Assembly (NCBI GenBank): GCA_965116885.1
Contig: OZ220741.1
Coordinates: 1,024,001 to 1,088,000, forward strand
Length of the DNA: 64,000 nt
Direction of reading: 5' to 3'
DNA from: Candidatus Latescibacterota bacterium
GTDB taxonomy: Bacteria > Latescibacterota > UBA2968
Shown here: positions 41,334 through 50,463 of the stretch, piece by piece
How positions within the stretch are numbered: the stretch's first letter is position 1
Layout of the letters: the number at the start of each line of letters is the position of its first letter
Position numbers and translations under genes: made by a program
The notes under the pieces: model-generated
The model's input: the letters and a program-made list of their open reading frames with translations, nothing else
Told to the model about the DNA's origin: nothing
Databases searched by the model: none

Positions 41334-42413
41334 ATGACCCATCTCCAAAACATAAAACCCGAAGTCCGCGCCCTGCACGGGTATCATCTCACCGCCTACG
41401 ACTGTCCCATCAAGCTCAACCAGAACGAAAGCCCGTTTGACGTACCCGACAGCTTGAAAGACGACATCTTGCGCGCTGTGCGAGACAAATCCTGGTCGCG
41501 CTATCCCGAACCCATGCAAATGGACCTCGTCGAAGCACTCGCCGACCACGTGGGCGTCCAACCCGAAGGCCTCATCGTCTGCAACGGATCGAATACCCTC
41601 GTACAACTCGTCCTCGGCGTCGTATCTGCCCCCGGTGTCCAGGTCGTCATCCCCTCGCCCTCATTCTCTCTTTACGGCCTCTACACCGACATATTCAGCG
41701 GGCGCGTCCTCGACGTTCCCCTCACACAAAACTACGGCTTTGACATCCCAAAATTATGCGATGCCGCCAGCCAAAAAAATGTGCGCCTCATCATCCTCTG
41801 CTCCCCCAACAACCCCACGGGATGCGCCATCTCAAACGCGGACCTCGACAAACTCCTATCCAGCACCAGCGCCCTCGTCATGGTCGATGAAGCCTACGGC
41901 GAATTCTACAACCAGACCGCCATAGACCTCTTGCCCAAACACCCCAACCTCATCGTCCTCAAAACCCTCTCCAAAGCATTTGGCGCCGCGGGCATCCGCA
42001 TTGGATATCTCATCGCCCATCCCGACTTACGCGACGAAATCATCAAAGGCAAAATCCCCTTTGACATCAACATCTTCTCGCACACAGCAGCCATGGCCAT
42101 CCTCAACCACAAAGACCTCATACAAAAACGCATCGCATCTATATGCTCAGAACGCGAGCGCGTCTTCCAATGCCTCGCCCAAATAGACGGCGTCACCCCT
42201 TATCCATCACACGCCAACCTCATCCTCTTTGAAGTCGCCGATCCAGATGCTGTCTTCACCGGCTTGATCGAACAGGGCATACTCATCCGCAACGTCACAT
42301 CCTATCCCATGCTCGACAGGGCACTGCGCGTATCCATCGGCACAAAACGGGAAAATGACTGCTTTTTGGAGGCACTTGAAAAAACACTGTCTGAATCAGG
42401 ATTTTCAGGATGA
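41334..42413 (+). CDS. hisC: Histidinol-phosphate aminotransferase
   Basis: NQNE, CSPNNPTG, DEAY, TLSKAFG..RIG. Confidence 0.95.
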   Translation: MTHLQNIKPEVRALHGYHLTAYDCPIKLNQNESPFDVPDSLKDDILRAVRDKSWSRYPEPMQMDLVEALADHVGVQPEGLIVCNGSNTLVQLVLGVVSAPGVQVVIPSPSFSLYGLYTDIFSGRVLDVPLTQNYGFDIPKLCDAASQKNVRLIILCSPNNPTGCAISNADLDKLLSSTSALVMVDEAYGEFYNQTAIDLLPKHPNLIVLKTLSKAFGAAGIRIGYLIAHPDLRDEIIKGKIPFDINIFSHTAAMAILNHKDLIQKRIASICSERERVFQCLAQIDGVTPYPSHANLILFEVADPDAVFTGLIEQGILIRNVTSYPMLDRALRVSIGTKRENDCFLEALEKTLSESGFSG

Positions 42414-42543
42414 AAGGATGGACAGGATAAAATCAAAACCAGATGAAAAACAAAGACAAAACCAGATGAAAAACAAAGACAAAACCAGATGAAAAACAAA
42501 GACAAAACCTTCTGGATTGCGGCTAACACCCTGCCGCAATGAC
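42390..42543. repeat. Composite element with three perfect 23-nt tandem units (42435-42503) and a CTGGATTGCGG hairpin
   Basis: aaaaccagatgaaaaacaaagac x3. Confidence 0.85.
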
Positions 42544-42602
42544 GGCACTAATATCCTTGTTTTGCTGACTGCTGATAGCTTGTTTTCACGAAAGACAAAC
42601 CC

Positions 42603-44024
42603 ATGCCAAAACCAACAGACGTAAAAATCAAATCCGTCGCCACCTACTTCCTCCCCGTACAAACGCGCATCCCCTATCGCTTTGGCACCGAACAACTCGA
42701 CAGCGTCACCTGCGTCAGAGTCCGCATCGACGTCGAAGACCGGCGCGGCAACATTGCTTCTGGCTGGGGAGAAACACCCTTGAGCGCGCCCTGGGCATGG
42801 CCATCGCCACACCTCACGTATGCCATCAGAGAAACGGCCATGAAAAACTTCTGCCTCAAAATCGGACGCGCATGGGCAGATATCGACACAACGGGGCACC
42901 CCATAGAAATCGGCCACGCATTCCAGGAAAACATCCTCCCCAATCTCCTATCGGCCTTCAATATCGAACAACAAAACACCACAGGGGACATGCCCCGCCT
43001 ATCCGCACTCGTCTGCACATCGGCTTATGACCTCGCCCTGCACGACGCTTATGGCATGCTTCACAACATCGACATCTACGACACGTACAACGCAGACTTC
43101 ATGAACGCCGACCTCGCGCACTACCTCGACCCCGCCGACATCGACTACAACTTCTCCGGTCGCTATCCCGAAAACTATCTCATCCGCCCGCGACCAAACC
43201 GCCTGCCCGCCTGGCACGCCGTAGGCGGCAACGACCTCCTCGACGACGCCGAACGCACAGGCGATGAACCCGACGACGGCTATCCCGTAGTCCTTCCCGA
43301 CTGGATACGGCGCGACGGCATCACCTGCCTCAAAATCAAACTCACCGGACAAGAACCCGGATGGGATTACGACCGCATCGTCCACATCGGACAAATCGGC
43401 ATCGAAAACAACGCCATGTGGTTGTGTACAGACTTCAACTGCACCGTCCGGGAAGTCGATTACGTCAACGACATCCTGGACCGCCTCCTCACCGACCACC
43501 CGCGCATCTATCAAATGATCCTCTACGTCGAACAGCCCTTCGCTTACGAACTATCCGACAACCCCCTCAACGTCCACAGTATCTCTGCGCGCAAACCCCT
43601 CTTCATGGACGAAAGCGCGCACGACTGGCGCGTGATATGCCTGGGGCGGCAACTCGGCTGGACCGGCGTAGCCCTCAAAACCTGCAAAACCCAGACCGGC
43701 GCCCTGCTCTCCCTCTGCTGGGCGCGCGCACACGGCATGACACTCATGGTACAGGACCTCACAAATCCCATGCTCGCGCAAATCCCCCACGCCCTGCTCA
43801 CCGCCCATGCCGGCACCGTCATGGGCTTTGAAACCAACGCCATGCAATTCTACCCCGACGCCTCAATCCCCGAAGCCGCCATACACCCCGGCGTCTATCG
43901 CCGACAAAACGGTCACATCGACATCTCCACAGTCGAAGGACCCGGCTTTGGATACAAACACCATTTGATTGACCGCACACTACCCGAACCTGCTGACCAC
44001 CGATTCGTCTATGAACTGGCCTGA
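42603..44024 (+). CDS. Enolase-superfamily (mandelate racemase/MLE-like) protein
   Basis: KIK motif, DFN, EQP, DES, ALKTCK. Confidence 0.8.
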   Translation: MPKPTDVKIKSVATYFLPVQTRIPYRFGTEQLDSVTCVRVRIDVEDRRGNIASGWGETPLSAPWAWPSPHLTYAIRETAMKNFCLKIGRAWADIDTTGHPIEIGHAFQENILPNLLSAFNIEQQNTTGDMPRLSALVCTSAYDLALHDAYGMLHNIDIYDTYNADFMNADLAHYLDPADIDYNFSGRYPENYLIRPRPNRLPAWHAVGGNDLLDDAERTGDEPDDGYPVVLPDWIRRDGITCLKIKLTGQEPGWDYDRIVHIGQIGIENNAMWLCTDFNCTVREVDYVNDILDRLLTDHPRIYQMILYVEQPFAYELSDNPLNVHSISARKPLFMDESAHDWRVICLGRQLGWTGVALKTCKTQTGALLSLCWARAHGMTLMVQDLTNPMLAQIPHALLTAHAGTVMGFETNAMQFYPDASIPEAAIHPGVYRRQNGHIDISTVEGPGFGYKHHLIDRTLPEPADHRFVYELA

Positions 44025-44047
44025 GAGACGGCCAGTTGTACCCCGTT
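44013..44047. repeat. 35-nt hairpin element (also at 16495-16529 and, inverted, at 38803-38837)
   Basis: GAACTGGCCTGAGAGACGGCCAGTTGTACCCCGTT. Confidence 0.8.
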
Positions 44048-44086
44048 CCGTCGATTCGTTGATTCGTTTTAAAAAAGGCACATTCC

Positions 44087-44677
44087 ATGTCCTCACGCAC
44101 CGCACACATCCAGCGCAAAACCTCTGAAACCGACATCGACCTCACCCTCGCCCTCACGGGCACGGGAGAATCGCACATCGACACGGGCATTGGCTTTTTT
44201 GACCACATGCTCACAGCCCTTGCCCGCCACGGCTTATTCGACCTCACCGTCACCTGTAAAGGCGACCTCGAAGTCGATGCCCACCACACCGTCGAAGACG
44301 TCGGCATCTGCCTCGGTCAAGCACTATCTAACGCACTGGGCGACAAAGCCGGCATCGCGCGATTCGGCGCTGCGTACGTACCCATGGATGAAGCCCTCGC
44401 CCGCGCCGTAATCGATCTCTCTGGACGCGCACACCTGATCTATAACGCCGCATTCGCCGAAGAACGCATCGGCGCATTTCCCACGGCACTGGGCCTCGAA
44501 TTTTTCACCGCACTCGCGCACAACAGCCGCATGAACCTGCACATCGACCTCATCCGCGGCAACAACGCGCACCACGGCATGGAAGCCATCTTCAAAGCCG
44601 TCGCCCGATCCCTGCGACAAGCCGTCACCCTCGACAACAGAATCAGCGGCATACCCTCAACCAAAGGAAGCCTGTGA
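44087..44677 (+). CDS. hisB: Imidazoleglycerol-phosphate dehydratase
   Basis: FFDHML, DAHHTVED, PMDEAL, NAHH..E, PSTKG. Confidence 0.96.
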   Translation: MSSRTAHIQRKTSETDIDLTLALTGTGESHIDTGIGFFDHMLTALARHGLFDLTVTCKGDLEVDAHHTVEDVGICLGQALSNALGDKAGIARFGAAYVPMDEALARAVIDLSGRAHLIYNAAFAEERIGAFPTALGLEFFTALAHNSRMNLHIDLIRGNNAHHGMEAIFKAVARSLRQAVTLDNRISGIPSTKGSL

Positions 44678-45228
44678 ACGCAAAACCCGCAGCATTCATC
44701 GACCGCGACGGCACAATCAACATCGAGGTCCACTACCTCAACCGCGTGGAACAACTCCAACTCATCCCACGCGCGGGAGAAGCCATTGCGCGCCTCAACC
44801 AGGCCGGTTATCCCGTCATCGTCATCACCAACCAATCCGCCATAGGTCGCGGCCTGCTCACAGAAACCGGACTCTCTGAGATCCACCGCGAACTCAAACA
44901 TCAATTATCAGCCTACAACGCCTCCATCGACGCCATCTACCATTGCCCCCATCACGAAAAAGACAACTGCACCTGCCGCAAACCCGCGCCGGGCATGATC
45001 TTGCGCGCCGCCAATGAACACAACATCGACCTCGCGGGTTCTATCATGATAGGCGACAACGCAACCGACCTCGAAGCCGGATGGAACGCCGGCTGTCGCG
45101 CAGCCCTCGTGCGAACCGGCTCTGGCGAAGACGCCCTGAAAAAAATCGACCGACAAACGCGCGACCGCATAAGCTATATTGGCAACGACTTATTCGACAT
45201 CGTAAACTGGATGCTCACACATGCGTAA
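44674..45228 (+). CDS. gmhB: HAD-IIIA phosphatase, heptose-1,7-bisphosphate/histidinol-phosphate phosphatase family
   Basis: DRDGT, TNQS, CPH..CTCRKP, IGD. Confidence 0.85.
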   Translation: MNAKPAAFIDRDGTINIEVHYLNRVEQLQLIPRAGEAIARLNQAGYPVIVITNQSAIGRGLLTETGLSEIHRELKHQLSAYNASIDAIYHCPHHEKDNCTCRKPAPGMILRAANEHNIDLAGSIMIGDNATDLEAGWNAGCRAALVRTGSGEDALKKIDRQTRDRISYIGNDLFDIVNWMLTHA

Positions 45229-46642
45229 ATTTCCCCCCATAGACCTCTCCAAAGTCAAAACCCACGCGCTCTCGGAACGCGACAGCAAAGTCGCGCTCTC
45301 GGGATTTGCCACCCCTGCGCGCAGTGGCGCGTCCTTTGGCCATTTTCTCACCAGCCTGCCCGACATCTTAATCGGTGCCGACTTTCGCCAATTCGCGCGC
45401 CAACTCGCCCGTGCCATCCAGAACAAAAAAACCATCGCCATCGGCATAGGCGGTCACGTCATCAAATGCGGCCTATCCCCCGTAATCATCGACCTCATGA
45501 AACGCGGCTACATCTCTGCCATAGCCATGAACGGCGCCACAGCCATCCACGACATCGAAATCGCCATGCACGGACAAACATCCGAAGACGTCGCCCACGG
45601 ACTTCAAGACGGCTCCTTTGGCATGGCGCGAGACACCGGTGACTTTATCAACCACGCCATCAACGCATCAGCAGGCGGATACGGCAGCGCACTCGGCAAA
45701 AAAATCACAGACACAGACCTGCCACACCGCGACCACAGCATCCTCGCCCATGCCCATATATTAGACATACCAGCCACTGTACACGTCGCCATAGGCACAG
45801 ACATCACGCACCAGCAACCAGGAGTTAGTGGCGAAGCCATTGGCCGCGCGACCTTTGAAGACTTTCGCACCTTCTGCTCTGTCGTCTCCACCCTCGAAGG
45901 CGGCGCGTACCTCAACATTGGCTCTGCCGTCATCCTCCCCGAACTCTTTCTCAAAGCCCTCACCGTAGCCCGCAACCTCGGTCACACCGTCGATCACTTC
46001 ACCACAGCCAACTTCGACATGATCCAGCACTATCGCCCGCGCGTCAACGTCGTACAGCGCCCCACCATGCAAGGCGGCGAAGGCTACGCCTTTACCGGCC
46101 ACCACGAACTCATGATCCCCCTGCTCGCGCACGCGCTTACCTGCATGCTCGAAGCCCCTCCCCCCGACCACAAAATGATCACCCGCGAACGGGCCATCCA
46201 AATACGCAACCGCCTCAAAGACATCGGCGCAAAAGTCGTCTTCACCAACGGCTGTTTTGACCTCATCCACCGCGGCCACGTCACCTACCTCCAAAAAGCC
46301 AGCACACACGGCGAAGTCCTCTTCCTGGGCCTCAACACCGACGCATCCGTACGCCGTCTCAAAGGTCCTGATCGCCCCATCTTACCCCTCGAAGACCGCG
46401 CCGGAGTACTCGCCGCCCTCGAATGCATCGACTATATTATCCCCTTTGCCGAAGACACCCCCAAAAACCTCATAGCCGCCCTCTTGCCCGACGTCCTCAT
46501 CAAAGGCGGAGACTATCAACCCGAAGAAATCGTCGGACGCGAAGAAGTCGAATCCCACGGGGGCATTGTCACCACCATCCCCCTAATCGAAGGCCAATCC
46601 ACGACCAGCATCATCGAAAAAATTCGCGGAGGCAACACATGA
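45221..46642 (+). CDS. Fusion of a deoxyhypusine-synthase-like domain and heptose-1-phosphate adenylyltransferase (RfaE2)
   Basis: N-terminal GGHVIKCG/MNGA..IHD/IGTDI/GSAVILPE; C-terminal FTNGCFDLIHRGH..LNTDASVRRLKG..KGGDY. Confidence 0.8.
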   Translation: MRKFPPIDLSKVKTHALSERDSKVALSGFATPARSGASFGHFLTSLPDILIGADFRQFARQLARAIQNKKTIAIGIGGHVIKCGLSPVIIDLMKRGYISAIAMNGATAIHDIEIAMHGQTSEDVAHGLQDGSFGMARDTGDFINHAINASAGGYGSALGKKITDTDLPHRDHSILAHAHILDIPATVHVAIGTDITHQQPGVSGEAIGRATFEDFRTFCSVVSTLEGGAYLNIGSAVILPELFLKALTVARNLGHTVDHFTTANFDMIQHYRPRVNVVQRPTMQGGEGYAFTGHHELMIPLLAHALTCMLEAPPPDHKMITRERAIQIRNRLKDIGAKVVFTNGCFDLIHRGHVTYLQKASTHGEVLFLGLNTDASVRRLKGPDRPILPLEDRAGVLAALECIDYIIPFAEDTPKNLIAALLPDVLIKGGDYQPEEIVGREEVESHGGIVTTIPLIEGQSTTSIIEKIRGGNT

Positions 46643-47613
46643 CCCGGGACCGCCTCCGCGAAATACTCCATTCATTTTCCAATCGCCGCGTCACAGTCAT
46701 CGGCGACCTCATGCTCGACCACTACCTGTGGGGCATAACCAGACGCATCTCTCCCGAAGCACCCGTACCCATCGTCAATATCGAATCTGAAACCCATCGC
46801 CCCGGAGGTGCCGCCAATGTCGCTTATAACCTGCGCGTACTCGGTGCTCAGGTCACCGCTGCCGGCGTCATCGGGCAAGACCTCAATGGCGAACACCTCA
46901 AAACCGCACTAAACAAAGAAGGCATTGACCTCTCCGGCATAATCGAAACCCCACATCGCCCCACAACATCAAAAACGCGCATCATGGGACACACACAATA
47001 CCGACAACAACAGCAAATGATGCGCATCGACAGAGAAGTCGCCCTCCCTGTCACCGGCAAACTCCTCAACCAGCTCCGCGATGCCATAGCCCAGTCTCAC
47101 GCACCCGACGCCATCTTTGTATCCGACTATGCCAAAGGCGTCGTCACACCCGACCTCATGGACACCGTGCGCCGCAACACCTGCCCCATCATCGCCGATC
47201 CAAAAGGCCGCAACTTCGACAAATACCGGGGTGTCACCGCCATCTCGCCCAACCAATCTGAAGCACTCGGCGTATTTAACCTATACGATACCGACGAAAA
47301 AACAATCATCGACACCGGACATCGCCTCGTCAAAGAATACGAAATCGCACAGGTCTATATGACCCGCAGCGAAAAAGGCGTCGCTCTCTTTGAGACTGAC
47401 GGCCGCGTCACCCACATCCCGGCCACCGCCCGTCAGGTATTCGATGTCTCTGGCGCGGGCGACACCACAGCCGCAGTCTATACCCTTGCCCTCATCTCGG
47501 GCGCCTCACCCGCCGAAGCCGCGCATATAGGCAACCTCGCAGGCGGCATCGTCGTCGGCAAAGTAGGCGTTGACACTGTATCGGTTGACGAACTCACAAA
47601 CGCCATACAATAA
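46639..47613 (+). CDS. rfaE1: Heptose-7-phosphate kinase (RfaE1, PfkB family)
   Basis: GDLMLD, RISPEAPVP, GGAANVA, SDYAKG, DVSGAGDT; ATGA overlap. Confidence 0.9.
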   Translation: MTRDRLREILHSFSNRRVTVIGDLMLDHYLWGITRRISPEAPVPIVNIESETHRPGGAANVAYNLRVLGAQVTAAGVIGQDLNGEHLKTALNKEGIDLSGIIETPHRPTTSKTRIMGHTQYRQQQQMMRIDREVALPVTGKLLNQLRDAIAQSHAPDAIFVSDYAKGVVTPDLMDTVRRNTCPIIADPKGRNFDKYRGVTAISPNQSEALGVFNLYDTDEKTIIDTGHRLVKEYEIAQVYMTRSEKGVALFETDGRVTHIPATARQVFDVSGAGDTTAAVYTLALISGASPAEAAHIGNLAGGIVVGKVGVDTVSVDELTNAIQ

Positions 47614-47614
47614 C

Positions 47615-48715
47615 ATGAACATCTTACACACCCTATACGACGACATCGACAACCCCTGGTGTGGTGGGGGTGGTGCCCTGCGCACATGGGAAATAGCCCG
47701 TCGCCTGTCGCACAAACACCAGATCACTATTATAACAGGCGCGTATCCCAACGCACCCAGAGAAGAAACCCGAGAAGGCGTACACATCCGCCGCGTGGGA
47801 TCAGACCGCTCGTATCTCCGGAGCCGAATGAGCTTTGCCCACCACGCCTCCCGCGAAATCGCCCGCGCAAACACCGACCTGTGGGTCCATCAATTCTCTG
47901 CCTTTGCTCCCCTCTTCGTCTCCGCAAAAAAAAGACGCGACAGCCTCCTCGAATTCTTCCACTTCATGGACGACCACGCCATTGCAAAATATCCCGTGCT
48001 CGGCCACATTGCCCGAAAAGCCGAACAGCGCGCCCTGCGCCTTCACCCGCACATCCTGACCATCTCGCCCACCGTCACGCGCCAGCTTGAAAAACGCGCG
48101 ACAAACGCGCAATTTCACCTCGTCTATACCGGCGTCGATCAAATCTGTTTTGAAGCACCCTGGGCAGAACAGGACTACATCCTCTATTTTGGGCGCATGG
48201 ACATCCACAACAAAGGCATCGACATCCTCCTATCCGCCTTTGCCAAACTCAACGCACCCGACATCCGCCTCATCCTCTCGGGACGCGGAACCCCGCAAAG
48301 CAAACGCGAAATACGATCTCTCGCCAATCAGCTCAACATCGCAAACCGCGTCGAATTCACCGGCGCCGTCACACCCGAACAAAAAAATAGCCTCATGGGC
48401 CATGCCCTCTTTGTCTGCACCCCCTCGCGCTACGAAGGCTGGGGCATTGTCGCCATTGAAGCCGCAGCCGCTGCAAAAGCCGTCATAGGCACCGACATCC
48501 CCGGATTGGCAGATGCCATCCGCGCCGATGAAACCGGCCTTCTCGTCCCCCCCGAAAATCCCCAGGCACTCGCCAACGCCATGAACCGCCTGCGCAGCGA
48601 CGCCCTCCTGCGCAAACGCCTGGGAACAGCGGGCCGCAAATGGGCTGCACAATTCACCTGGGACCGCACGGCACAAGCGCAAGAAGAAGTCTATTTGAAA
48701 GTCGCCAATGACTAA
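47615..48715 (+). CDS. GT4 glycosyltransferase
   Basis: FGR..KG, EGWGIVAIEA, TGLLV. Confidence 0.9.
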   Translation: MNILHTLYDDIDNPWCGGGGALRTWEIARRLSHKHQITIITGAYPNAPREETREGVHIRRVGSDRSYLRSRMSFAHHASREIARANTDLWVHQFSAFAPLFVSAKKRRDSLLEFFHFMDDHAIAKYPVLGHIARKAEQRALRLHPHILTISPTVTRQLEKRATNAQFHLVYTGVDQICFEAPWAEQDYILYFGRMDIHNKGIDILLSAFAKLNAPDIRLILSGRGTPQSKREIRSLANQLNIANRVEFTGAVTPEQKNSLMGHALFVCTPSRYEGWGIVAIEAAAAAKAVIGTDIPGLADAIRADETGLLVPPENPQALANAMNRLRSDALLRKRLGTAGRKWAAQFTWDRTAQAQEEVYLKVAND

Positions 48716-50225
48716 ACGAACCCCAACACACCTCTTCATCTTCCTCCTCTGCATCTACGCCCTCACAGCGGGCGGGCATTACGGAGGCGATGGCTTTTGG
48801 AATTACCTCACCGCACAAAGCCTAATGCGCGACGGCGACCTCGTCATCTCCGATGAAAGTTTCACCCTGCCCGAAATGCAAAAACACCTCAATGCGGTCA
48901 CGTCGTCTGGACGCCAGTATTCCAAATACGGTCCCGGCATGCCCCTCGCAGAAATACCCTTCTACGCCATTGGCCTCCTGCTCACCGGCATCTTTCCCAA
49001 TATCCCCGCCGACTACCTCACCATGTTCACCACATCGATGACCAACGTGGTCATATCCGCCCTGTGGGTCCTCTTCTTTTATTTTATCATTCAATCATTC
49101 AATTACCCACCATCCACCACAAAGTGGCTCACAGGCGCCTTTGCACTGGGCACAATGGTCTTTCCATACTCCGGATACGGATATCCAGAACCGCTCGTGG
49201 GACTCGGCCTGCTCATCGCAACGCACAGTCTCATCAAACGCTCTCCCTCACCCATCCTTGCGGGAATTGGCTTTGCCATTGCCATCCTCACCAAATTCTA
49301 CACCCTCGTCCTCCTGCCAATCCCCCTGCTCTACCTGCGCCGCAACCGATATGCCACATCGCGGCGGCTCGCCATCTTCTTATCGCCCATCGTCGCAGCC
49401 TGTCTCATAATCGCCTATCACAACCACCTGCGTTATGGCAACATCTTACTCACCGGATACCACCTGGACATACTCGCCCAAAAAGGCGGTTATCTCGCCT
49501 TTATACCCACGCAGATCTTCACCGCCTTTTACGGCCTGCTCTTCAGCACCGGACGCGGCCTCATCTTCTTTTTTCCCTTGATATGCCTCCTCCCCATCGC
49601 CTATCACAAATTCAAATCATCGCACCCAGATGAAGCGCGCCTTTTTCTCGGCTTCACCTTAACACTATTTGTTCTTCTCTTACCCATGATCGACTGGCAT
49701 GCCGGATCCTCATGGGGACCGCGTTATTTGCTTCCCATCCTCCCCTTTTGTATCTTCCCGCTCGGCGCACTCGCCGACATCAAGTGGACGCGCCGCCTCA
49801 CCGTCCTCGGCTTCTTCGTACAACTCCCCGCTGTACTGATGAACCCCTATCTCTTTACGCACCTTGTACAGGACAAAAAAATGGGCGCAACAATCTTCGC
49901 ACCTCACCAGATGGGCGACCTCCTCTTCTCACCCAACCTATCCCCAATCCTCGGCGGCTACTACCAGCTCACCTCGGCAATCTGCCGCCTCACAACAGGG
50001 CAATCGCTCAACTACACCATCTCCTCTGGCACAGAGCGCTTCGTCTCTGCATCTCTGAAAAATTACGACCTCATCGATATATGGTGGGTCAATGTCCTGC
50101 GCACAAACATCCTCAGCCCAACCATGACCCTCGCACTCATCCTCGGCGTAATCTGCCTCATACTCATCGCCATCTACTCTGCGCGGCAAGCCATGAAAAA
50201 GTCTGAATCAGGATGGGCAGGATGA
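48708..50225 (+). CDS. Polytopic membrane protein, putative GT-C glycosyltransferase
   Basis: Multiple TMs, YSKYG, EP, WGPRYLLP. Confidence 0.65.
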   Translation: MTKRTPTHLFIFLLCIYALTAGGHYGGDGFWNYLTAQSLMRDGDLVISDESFTLPEMQKHLNAVTSSGRQYSKYGPGMPLAEIPFYAIGLLLTGIFPNIPADYLTMFTTSMTNVVISALWVLFFYFIIQSFNYPPSTTKWLTGAFALGTMVFPYSGYGYPEPLVGLGLLIATHSLIKRSPSPILAGIGFAIAILTKFYTLVLLPIPLLYLRRNRYATSRRLAIFLSPIVAACLIIAYHNHLRYGNILLTGYHLDILAQKGGYLAFIPTQIFTAFYGLLFSTGRGLIFFFPLICLLPIAYHKFKSSHPDEARLFLGFTLTLFVLLLPMIDWHAGSSWGPRYLLPILPFCIFPLGALADIKWTRRLTVLGFFVQLPAVLMNPYLFTHLVQDKKMGATIFAPHQMGDLLFSPNLSPILGGYYQLTSAICRLTTGQSLNYTISSGTERFVSASLKNYDLIDIWWVNVLRTNILSPTMTLALILGVICLILIAIYSARQAMKKSESGWAG

Positions 50226-50361
50226 AAGGATGGGCAGGATGAAAGTCAAAACCTCTGTCTGAATCAGGATGGGCAGGATGAAAGGATGGACAGGATAAAG
50301 GCAAAAACCAGGATCAAAAGCAAAACCTTCTGGATCGCGGCTTACGTCATGCCGCGATGAC
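50202..50361. repeat. Tandem TCTGAATCAGGATGGGCAGG modules plus CTGGATCGCGG hairpin (50330-50361)
   Basis: Near-identical to 24949-25052. Confidence 0.85.
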
Positions 50362-50384
50362 GGCACGATTATAGCGTGCAGCAC

Positions 50385-50413
50385 TTGACGCAGCATCTGA
50401 TTTACTATACAAT
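50385..50413 (+). promoter_or_regulatory. Sigma70 promoter candidate
   Basis: TTGACG-17 nt-TACAAT. Confidence 0.6.
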
Positions 50414-50463
50414 GCCACATACTAACGCACCTCGCGGAACAACCTCAAACATGGATATAAACT

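Noticed and set aside
42435..42503. CRISPR array
   Set aside because: The 23-nt units are directly adjacent with no spacers and no cas genes; the REP clusters likewise lack regular repeat-spacer periodicity
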